Assembly: GCA_900753315.1 (NCBI GenBank)
Contig: CAADYP010000010.1
Span: forward strand, 1,267 to 65,266
DNA: 64,000 nucleotides
Source of the DNA: Clostridia bacterium
GTDB lineage: Bacteria; Bacillota; Clostridia; Christensenellales; UBA1242
Direction of reading: 5' to 3'
Shown here: positions 1-8,500 of the stretch, in pieces
Position numbering within the stretch: position 1 is the first letter of the stretch
Layout: each line of letters begins with the position of its first letter
Made by a program: the position numbers and the translations under genes
The notes under the pieces: generated by a model
Told to the model about the DNA's origin: nothing
The model's input: the letters and a program-made list of their open reading frames with translations, nothing else
Database searches by the model: none

Positions 1-607
1 TCCAACCAAGCACAGTGATTTGGTTTAATGTGAAAAGCAAAACCAAAACCACAAACAAAACGAGTGGCAAAAGATAATTTATGAAAGTTGGATTTGTGAC
101 AAGTCCAAGTCCATAAACAGATGAAATCATTACAGCCCAGAAAAGAAGGTTGTAAAGAGTGTAGCACAAAGCATAAACGACAGATCTTTTAAGTCCTTTA
201 ACAAGAGCACTGAAAAAACCTATTTCTGCTTTGCTTGTCATGTAGGAATACAACATTTCATTCAATGTATATTTGCCAATGTTGACAAAGAAAGGCAAGA
301 ATACAAACAACACAATAAGCCCATAAGCCATAAGCCCAGCATTGGCATTCCAAGCATCAACGCCAGTTGAAAAACAAACATCAATAAGATGATGCAAATT
401 TTGTCCTACTCCGCCTTGGAATACACCAGTCAAAGATTTGAAAGTCTCTACAGATTGAAAGTTTGAAATTACCAAATCTTTAAACTTAAAAAAAACAGGC
501 AAAAATAAAGCAAAGCAAAGCCCCCAAACAAAAATGTAATACAAAAACAGTTTGAGAACTTTTCTCCAATTTGAGCCAAAAAGTTTTAGAGAGTTTGAAA
601 ACATCAT
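1..607 (-). CDS. Polytopic membrane protein; N-terminal part only, C-terminus lies beyond the window edge
   Basis: Absent from the ORF track because it runs off the edge. Reverse-strand ATG-ATG at 607/604 follows AGAAGGA (SD) by 5 nt. I checked the frame codon by codon and it stays open to position 2. The product starts MMFSNSLKLFGSNWRKVLKLFLYYIFVWGLCFALFLPVFF and has several hydrophobic helices. No family recognised. Confidence 0.6.
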   Translation of the reverse strand, partial: MMFSNSLKLFGSNWRKVLKLFLYYIFVWGLCFALFLPVFFKFKDLVISNFQSVETFKSLTGVFQGGVGQNLHHLIDVCFSTGVDAWNANAGLMAYGLIVLFVFLPFFVNIGKYTLNEMLYSYMTSKAEIGFFSALVKGLKRSVVYALCYTLYNLLFWAVMISSVYGLGLVTNPTFINYLLPLVLFVVLVLLFTLNQITVLGW

Positions 608-751
608 AAAAATCCTTCTATAAGACTTACAAAAATTATCTTGCCAAAATAGGTAAGTGCTATTTATAGGGATAGTATATCAAAAAATACTAAAATGTCA
701 AAATAATTTTAAACAACTTATTGTTTTTCAAGACGAAAAAACATGTTTCTA

Positions 752-1222
752 TTAAACATTGATAGAAACAATTTTGTATGTTGTGTCGCCACCTGGTGTT
801 TTAACAGTGATTGTTTCGCCTTTCTTGTGTCCAATAAGAGCCTTTCCAACTGGTGAAACATTGCTGATAACTCCATTTCTTGGGTCGCTTTCTGAAGAAC
901 CTGAAATTCTGTATTCTACTTCTTCGTCAAAGTCTTCATCATACAATTTTACTACACAACCAACACTAACTGTGCTGTTGTCAATCTTTTTCTTGTCGAT
1001 AACTTCGGCATTGAGCAAAATGCTTTCCATTTCAGTGATTTCTGCTTCGATTTGTGCTTGCTCGTCTTTTGCTGCATCATATTCAGAGTTTTCTGAAAGG
1101 TCACCAAATTCTCTTGCGATACCAATACGCTTGATTACTTCTGGTCTTTTAACAGTCTTATAAAAGTTCAACTTTTCTTCGAGTTGTGCTTTTCCTTCTG
1201 GTGTAAGATAATGTTTTTCCAT
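752..1222 (-). CDS. greA: Transcription elongation factor GreA
   Basis: MEKHYLTPEGKAQLEEKLNFYK...REFGDLSENSEYDAAKDEQ...PVGKALIGHKKGE is the typical GreA coiled coil plus C-terminal domain. I chose the ATG at 1222 (GGAG SD 8 nt upstream) over the longer track ORF. Confidence 0.9.
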   Translation of the reverse strand: MEKHYLTPEGKAQLEEKLNFYKTVKRPEVIKRIGIAREFGDLSENSEYDAAKDEQAQIEAEITEMESILLNAEVIDKKKIDNSTVSVGCVVKLYDEDFDEEVEYRISGSSESDPRNGVISNVSPVGKALIGHKKGETITVKTPGGDTTYKIVSINV

Positions 1223-1542
1223 AATTTTAGTCTCCTTTATAAAATGTTTTATTGAAACCATCAACACATTCCAATTTGCCTCGTTTTTTGTTGGGTAGAA
1301 TTTAGCAATTAAAAAAATCGACCCAAAAGGTCTCTTAGGTTGAATTGAATTCTTGACTTTTAAACCACAATATTATATTCAAATTATACAAAAAAGTCAA
1401 CTGATTTTTCAATTTTCACAATATTTTATTCATTTTAAAAAGTTTTTATACTTGCATAAACAAATGATGAATCATAAATTATTTTTTTAATTTGTGAGTT
1501 TTTTTAATATTTTTTCAAATAATAAAGCAAAAGGAGTGATTT

Positions 1543-2046
1543 ATGATAACATTTATTGCCTTTCTTTTGATGGTTTTAGGGTCAATAAATTGGCTCTTGA
1601 TTGGACTCTTGCAATATGATTTTATCGCTGGGCTTTTTGGTTTTCAAGCCAGCATTTTTTCTAGAATAGTCTATATTTTGTTTGGCATTGGAGCGGTATA
1701 TTTTGTTATTAGAATAATTGCAAACAAAGGAGATGTTAAAGTTTTTGAACGCAAAAAATCAAAAAAGGAGAGAGAAGAAATGAAACTTCAAAAAAGAGAA
1801 CAAAAATTGAAAGGAAAAAACGAAAAAGATGCAAAATCACCTACCCCTGCATATGCAAACATTGAAGCAGGCAAAGAATTTGGAGCATCAAATTTCAATG
1901 GTGATGAATATTCAAGTGAAAAACACTTTGATTTTGACAACAAACAATCACAAGAACATTTTGTAAATATGCAAAATCCTTCTGTCGAAAGGCATTTTTC
2001 TGATGAAGATAATCTTTTTGACGAACATTTCGATTCTAATAACTAA
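1543..2046 (+). CDS. DUF378-family small membrane protein with a long hydrophilic C-terminal extension
   Basis: The N-terminal 60 aa (LGSINWLLIGLLQYDFIAGLFG...) match the DUF378 two-helix pattern. A paralog sits at 56494-56748. AAGGAG SD precedes the ATG. The tail is K/E-rich and ends in repeated E-x-H-F motifs. Confidence 0.7.
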   Translation: MITFIAFLLMVLGSINWLLIGLLQYDFIAGLFGFQASIFSRIVYILFGIGAVYFVIRIIANKGDVKVFERKKSKKEREEMKLQKREQKLKGKNEKDAKSPTPAYANIEAGKEFGASNFNGDEYSSEKHFDFDNKQSQEHFVNMQNPSVERHFSDEDNLFDEHFDSNN

Positions 2047-2115
2047 CCATTCAATTTATTTGACTTTTTGCCAAACAAAATTGTATTCTTAATTATATTT
2101 AAGGAGAAAAACATT

Positions 2116-3618
2116 ATGGTAACTTTGGTTATTTTGGATGGTTTTGGAGAAAAAAAGCAAAAGTTTGGCAATGCAATAAAAAGTCAAGGCACTCCATATC
2201 TTGACAAACTTAAAAAGATGTATCCACACACCCTTATAAACGCCAGTGGAGAATATGTAGGACTTCCAAAAAACATCATGGGAAACAGTGAAGTTGGACA
2301 TCTCACTCTTGGGAGTGGAAGAGTTATTTTGCAAGATTTAAAACTTATCGATAGCGAAATTGAAAACGGCAAATTTTTCAAAAATCCGGCTCTTTTAAAA
2401 GCTCTTTCGCATGCAGAAAAAAACAAAAGCAACCTTCATTTGATGGGGCTTTTGTCAACAGGCGGAGTTCATTCAAGCATAGAACATTTGTATGCAATTT
2501 TGAAGCTCGCTCAAAACTATGATATTCCACATATCTATATCCATGCAATCTTGGATGGCAGAGACACTGGTGTAAGAGATGGTCTTAAATTTGCAATGCA
2601 AACAGAAGAACAAATTGCAGGAACAAATGCAAAAATTGGCACAATTATTGGCAGAATTTATGCTATGGACAGAGAAAAGAGATATGACCGTGTCAAAAAA
2701 GCATACGACATGCTCTATAATGGTGTTGGAAAACATGAAAACAGCGTTAAAGAAGCCATCGAACATAGCTACGAAGATGGGATTTGTGATGAATATTTTG
2801 AACCCACAATCATCGACAGCAATGCTCAAATAAAAGATAATGACAGCTTTATTTTCTTCAATTTTCGTTCTGACAGAGCAAGAGAACTCGCTTTTGCTAT
2901 GACAGATAAAAATTTCTCAGAGTTTGAAACTAAAAATGTTAAAAACTTTCTTTACACTGCTATGACAGAATATTCTGACAAACTTAAAGATCTAAACACA
3001 ATGTATCCTCCTATTGTTGTAAAAGACAACTTGGCTTGTGTGCTTTCAGAAAACGGAAAAACTCAATTTCATATTGCTGAGACAACAAAATATGCCCATG
3101 TAACATTTTTCTTTAATGGTGGCATTGAAAAGCCTTACAAAGGCGAAGATAGACAACTTATAGACAGCATAAATGTCAAGGATTTCTCCGAATATCCAAA
3201 AATGCGTGCAAACGAAATTACTCAAGCAGTTTTGGATGCGATTGCGTCAGCCAAATATGATTTTATTTTAGTAAACTATTCAAACCCTGATATGCTTGGC
3301 CACACTGGAAACTTCAACAGCACAAAAGAAGCCATTGAATGTGTAGATAAACAAGCTTACGCTGTCGCCCTTGCCACACTTATGGCTGGTGGAGAATGCA
3401 TAATCACCGCAGACCATGGCAATGCAGAAGAGATGATTGATAAAGCCGGAAACAAACTTACAAAGCACACAACAAATCCAGTGCCAGTAATTTTGGTAAG
3501 TGAAAAAAATAGAAAAGCAAAACTCAAAAAAGGCAAATCATTGACATCAATTGCTCCAACAGTTTTAAAACTCCTTGGCATCAAAAAGCCAGTGTCATTT
3601 GATGAGCCTTTGTTCTAA
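2116..3618 (+). CDS. gpmI: 2,3-bisphosphoglycerate-independent phosphoglycerate mutase
   Basis: VTLVILDGFGE...NSEVGHLTLGSGR...DGRDT...ADHGNAE motifs are present. The ATG at 2116 follows AAGGAG. Confidence 0.92.
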   Translation: MVTLVILDGFGEKKQKFGNAIKSQGTPYLDKLKKMYPHTLINASGEYVGLPKNIMGNSEVGHLTLGSGRVILQDLKLIDSEIENGKFFKNPALLKALSHAEKNKSNLHLMGLLSTGGVHSSIEHLYAILKLAQNYDIPHIYIHAILDGRDTGVRDGLKFAMQTEEQIAGTNAKIGTIIGRIYAMDREKRYDRVKKAYDMLYNGVGKHENSVKEAIEHSYEDGICDEYFEPTIIDSNAQIKDNDSFIFFNFRSDRARELAFAMTDKNFSEFETKNVKNFLYTAMTEYSDKLKDLNTMYPPIVVKDNLACVLSENGKTQFHIAETTKYAHVTFFFNGGIEKPYKGEDRQLIDSINVKDFSEYPKMRANEITQAVLDAIASAKYDFILVNYSNPDMLGHTGNFNSTKEAIECVDKQAYAVALATLMAGGECIITADHGNAEEMIDKAGNKLTKHTTNPVPVILVSEKNRKAKLKKGKSLTSIAPTVLKLLGIKKPVSFDEPLF

Positions 3619-3702
3619 AAATGTCAAATTTTTAAACACGGCAAAGCAAAAAATTATGCAAACAGCGAAAATTGCTCAAATAAAGATATTCAAAACATAA
3701 AC

Positions 3703-3735
3703 AAAAAAGACTTGGAATACCAAGTCTTTTTTTTC
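3703..3735. terminator. Bidirectional rho-independent terminator after gpmI
   Basis: Stem AGACTTGG / CCAAGTCT (3708-3727), loop AATA, flanked by an A-run upstream and T8 downstream. Confidence 0.8.
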
Positions 3736-3838
3736 TATTGTTTTTATTTATTGTTGTGATATTGTTTCATGCATTTTAAAATTAAAATTATACAATTTTT
3801 TCACAATTGTATATATTCTCAAATCCCCGCCAACTTTT

Positions 3839-4540
3839 TTAGATAATTTCTTTGCCCTGGTTTGCTTGTTTGTCTGGTTTTGGCAAATTGCTTATATTTG
3901 CAATAAGTGAAATTCTTTGACAAGAAACTTCGTAGGCAGTTTTCGTTTCCACCTCGCCATTTCCCATTGTTTTTGTATATTCACGAGATTGAATTCTTCC
4001 AATCAAATCAACTTTGCAACCTGTCGTTTGTGATGCCATAAATCTCGCATTTCTTCCCCACATAATACATGGCACATAGTCGGATTTGTGATAGTTTGCA
4101 CGGTTTACTGCCAAAAGGATATCACAGATTTCTCTGTCAAATGGTGTCTTTCTGTAGACTGGTTCTTTGCAAACAAAACCTGTCAATTTCACTTCATTAA
4201 CAAAGCATTCTGGTGTAATATTTTGCAATTCTTTTCTTTCAATTTCTTTGGCAAAAAGATGCAAAATCAACTTACTTCTCTCATCTTGCAGTTTGTTGTA
4301 GCTTCTGTATTCTCCCTTTACCTCAACAAAATCTCCAACTTGAAGATTTAAAGAAAGCAAACTTCTTTCAGAAATTGTAACCGGAATGATATCCGCTATT
4401 TTTGATAATCTTTCAACTTCAACCTTAAATTCGTAAAAATTTTCACATTCAACTTGGTGTGATTTTTCTGGTTTTGTATAAACCTTTCCTGCAATTCTCG
4501 CTACATTTGTCATTTCGTCTTTCAAATTTGTAAATTCCAT
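3839..4540 (-). CDS. SSB-like protein with two tandem OB folds and no acidic C-terminal tip
   Basis: The second half (NEVKLTGFVCKEPVYRKTPFDREICDILLAVNRANYHKSDYVPCIMWGRNARFMAS...VDLIGRIQSREY) follows the bacterial SSB pattern N-V-L-G...P..R.TP....VNR....D...C..W...A...GR.Q.R.Y. The first half repeats a weaker version (VARIAGKVYTKPEKSH...VEVKGEYRSYN). GGAG SD present. Confidence 0.6.
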   Translation of the reverse strand: MEFTNLKDEMTNVARIAGKVYTKPEKSHQVECENFYEFKVEVERLSKIADIIPVTISERSLLSLNLQVGDFVEVKGEYRSYNKLQDERSKLILHLFAKEIERKELQNITPECFVNEVKLTGFVCKEPVYRKTPFDREICDILLAVNRANYHKSDYVPCIMWGRNARFMASQTTGCKVDLIGRIQSREYTKTMGNGEVETKTAYEVSCQRISLIANISNLPKPDKQANQGKEII

Positions 4541-4551
4541 TTTATTTCTCC

Positions 4552-5316
4552 TTAATTTTTGTGCTGAACTCCATTTCTGTCTATGGTGTAATCATTTTGA
4601 TAAACAAGGTCGGATATGCAAGTAACTCTATATCCTTGCACCTTCAATTTGTTTAATGTCAATCTCAAAGCATCCAAGACATTGTCAGAATTGTTGTGCA
4701 TCAAAATAATTGACCCGTTTTTCACTCTGCTTGTGATTCGATTTGTAATGGCAGAAGCAGAAAGTCCTTTCCAATCCAAACTATCAACATCCCATTGAAT
4801 TGTTTTAAGCCCCAATTCTTCTGCTGTGTCAAGCAGTGCATTGTTATATGACCCAAATGGAGCCCTAAACAATGAAACATCTTTCCCTGTCGTTTGTTTG
4901 ATCTTTGAAATAGATGTTTCAAGCTCTGCTTTCATTGTAGATTTGTCGAGTTTAACCATGTCTGGATGAGTGTTTGAATGAGTCCCAATCTCATGGCCAG
5001 CATCTGCAATCGCTTTTGCCATTTCTGGATAATCATCTACCCAAAAACCTACCAAAAAGAATGTCGCAGAACAGTCAAATTCTTTCAAGATATCCATGAT
5101 ACCTTGAGTTTTGTCTGCACCCCATGCCGCATCAAACGATATTGCAACCTGTTTTTCTGTCGTGTCAACATTGTAAATTGGCACTTTACGAGTAGAATAT
5201 CCAAAAAAGACTGCAGCAGAAGTTGAACCATTGATTGAAACAGCAAGCAAAACTGTCACCAACACCATAATAGCAAAAATTTTTAATGTTCTTGATTTGA
5301 TTACGATAGCACGCAT
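4552..5316 (-). CDS. Polysaccharide deacetylase (NodB homology domain, PdaA/PgdA-like), membrane-anchored or secreted
   Basis: ISFDAAWGADKT...TFFLVGFWVDDYPEMAKAIADAGHEIGTHSNTHPDM...LMHN motifs follow an N-terminal hydrophobic segment. I chose the ATG at 5316 (GAGG SD 7 nt upstream). Confidence 0.85.
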   Translation of the reverse strand: MRAIVIKSRTLKIFAIMVLVTVLLAVSINGSTSAAVFFGYSTRKVPIYNVDTTEKQVAISFDAAWGADKTQGIMDILKEFDCSATFFLVGFWVDDYPEMAKAIADAGHEIGTHSNTHPDMVKLDKSTMKAELETSISKIKQTTGKDVSLFRAPFGSYNNALLDTAEELGLKTIQWDVDSLDWKGLSASAITNRITSRVKNGSIILMHNNSDNVLDALRLTLNKLKVQGYRVTCISDLVYQNDYTIDRNGVQHKN

Positions 5317-5509
5317 CGCAAACCTCGCTTTTATTGTAAGACTTTTGCAATCGCTTCGCCAATGCTTATTTTGTAGCAATGTTGTAGATGTTGTCCTGAA
5401 TTGTCGAATTGAATGCTTATCCTAAAATAAATATATCATCGACATCTTGTTTTTAGAACAAAAGCTTTCTCACAACTTTTATTTTTTGTCCATATACAAA
5501 ACAATGCAA

Positions 5510-5541
5510 TAAAAAATCCCATGACTTTATTAGTCATAGGA
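5510..5541 (-). terminator. Terminator downstream of the GLUG-repeat gene
   Basis: Stem TCCTATGAC / GTCATGGGA on the minus strand (5517-5541, one mismatch), followed by T6 on the minus strand. Confidence 0.6.
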
Positions 5542-5557
5542 TTTAATAAATCTAAAT

Positions 5558-8500
5558 TTAATTCCAATAGAAAGCCCTCAAAGTATTTCGTCCATTCAAT
5601 GTCATCCAAATGCTTGAATCAAGCCTTGAATTAACATAAGTTGCATTTATATATGTCGTTGATGGATATGTAGAATAGCAATCCTTAATGTTTGAATTTT
5701 CTGTTAATTCTGTTTTTGTTTTTATTCCACCTTCCGTCATATACCAATTTGTAAAACCAGCAAATGAAGTTCCCATTGAGATATTTCCTTCATTAAAGCA
5801 TTGATTTATTGTTGAAATAACCGAACCATTATCTTCTAATCTACCTACAAATCCAGCAGAATTTTCAACACCAGATGCATTTGCTTCTTTGACATTCGCT
5901 CTGTTTGAGCAAACATAGAACGAACATCCTTTTGCATATCCAACAAGTCCACCAACATTTTCTCTTTGAGCAAAGTTTTCAGTCGAACTAGCACCACTTG
6001 TCAAATAAGTATCAACAACTTTTCCGTAAATATCAACAAATTCTATTTTTGAAACCTTGACATTTGATTTGTAAGTGTTGACATAATTGAATTTTGTGTT
6101 CTCTGCATAACCAGCAATCATTCCAACATTGCCATAACCAGAAACAGTTCCGCTTGCTACTGTCAAATTTTTGATAGTTGCATTCTTAACGCACCCAAAC
6201 AGACCTCTGTTTGAAAGATTGTTCATAAATCTTTCGCCAGTGTTTTTATTAACTGCCAAATTCAAATTTGATATAATGAAATTGTTCCCATCATAAATAC
6301 CCTTAAATGGCTTTGTTTCTGTTCCTATTGAATTAAACACAATTCCAGACATATTGATATCACAAGTTTGCATGATGGTCATTCCTTCAAATGTATAACC
6401 AGCATTAACTCTCTCACTGAGCCATATCAAATCTTGTGCACTTGAAACTTGATAAATACCTTTATTGTTTGTCGCTGTGTGACCGTCCGATTCATCATAA
6501 GTCAAAAATTTTGCCACTATAACCAGTTTATTGTTACTCATCAATGCTTTTGCTGTCTGTGGATTATAAACAAAACTGTAAATCCTGTTTGTTGAAAGCA
6601 GTTTATCTTCCAAAGTGTTGTTTGAATTTTGAACTCTAATATACCACCCAGCAAAATTCTGATTTGAATTTAAAGAATTTACATTCAATGTTATTGGTGC
6701 ATAATACTTTGCTGCAAAAACATTGTTATACCAAATTGTTGTATCATTTGCATTTTTATTCTTTTGTTTTGATGAGCCTTTCAAGTCAAATACATTTGTT
6801 GGAATATTTACTTCTACTCCATCTCTTTCCGCCTTTCCTTCCAGGTTATAGCCACCAAGTTGGTAATAAATGTAAATATCAATCGTCTTTGAAGGATTTT
6901 CAACACTTTGTTTGTAATTTAACAAGAATGATATAAAGTTGTTTCCCTTAATATCTGTAGCCTTGGTATCATTTATGGCACAACTAAAGATTGATGTTGA
7001 AGGCAAAGTTGTGTTTGTCTTAAAACTAGAATATCTATTTCCAACTTCAAATCCATAACCTTTCGCATTTGTATAATCAATTGTGAAACCAGCTTCAACA
7101 TCTGTCACTATTGTTAAATAATTTTTAGATGTAACAAGAAATGTAGAAAATTGGGTCATATCATAACTTGTCATACCACTGTCAATCAATGTTTTATAAT
7201 TTTTATCTGTTACTTCTTGATAATAATCCAATTGGTCATATTTGTTTATCATGTTGTGAATATTGATTGTATATTCAATTTTATTTTTAACAACATACAA
7301 TGAAAACTTGTTCAGCTCAATATCAATAAGTCCTTCTTTCTTTGCCATATCACTCAAAGCCTTAAGAATTGCAGAATCAGACAAAGTTATTACGCCATTA
7401 CCACCTTTACTCAATGTTGCTTCGGTTGTTGTAATCTGTGCACACTTATTAAGTTTTACATTGCTTTTTGAATTAACATAGTTGCTCAAATAAATTGTAT
7501 ATTCATATCCCACGCAATTTAAAACATTAAATGATAATGCATTTCCTTTCTTAAACTGACCATTTATAGTTGAACCATCAACAAAAACATTATAATTGTA
7601 AGTGATTTTTTTCATATAGAAATTGAAGTCACTTTCAAAATCATAAGTCATAGTGTCCTGAACTACTCCAAACTCATCAAATCCACTTTTTTCATTGTAA
7701 TTAGTTTTTATTTCACCCTTGTCTGTGCTCAATGATTTGAAAGCATAACCCAATTTTGGAGTAATTGTGTAATACACTGAATCTTTAAAATACAAAGGAT
7801 TGCTGCTAGATATATCTGAATAAGAATAATTTGGATATTTTACTGCTGCTGTTCCAAGGCTCCCATCTGTAACTGCTTTATTGTTATTGTCAGAATCAAG
7901 ATAATTTATATTTAAACTTTTTACCGATTTACTTGCAAAATAATATCTAAAGCTTAAACTGCTAGGATTAAAGAGTTTAAATCTGGCATAATAAGTTTTG
8001 CCATAAGTGATATATGACATATTTTCTTCTTCGTTGTAGCCGACTTTGTATGTTCCCTTGGTGAATGTAAATTTTTCATCTACATAAGTCACTTTTAAAA
8101 GATTTTTATATCTATCCGAATAAGAAGAATTGTTGTAATCAGCTCCATTTAAGTAATAAACATAATCGCTTTTTACCCAATCAACCTTTCCTTGCCCCTT
8201 ATCATAAGAACGAACTTCAATCGCTCCTACATCTCCTTTTGTGTCGGATTCATATTTATTGTCATTTCTCTTATTCCAATAAATATTTACGCTTGCACCA
8301 TACACCGCAAATCTAGGAACAATTATATATTCGCAAGACATAGCTTTACTCTGTCTTTGAGATGCTGTGTAATAATAGTAAGCCAATGATGTTGTACTCC
8401 AATTGAAAGATGAATTTTGTGGGTTATAACAGCCATATGATAAATTTGGTGTTTCAAAAGCTACTGATGAATAGCCAGCGTATGAAGTTGTGGTCCAATT

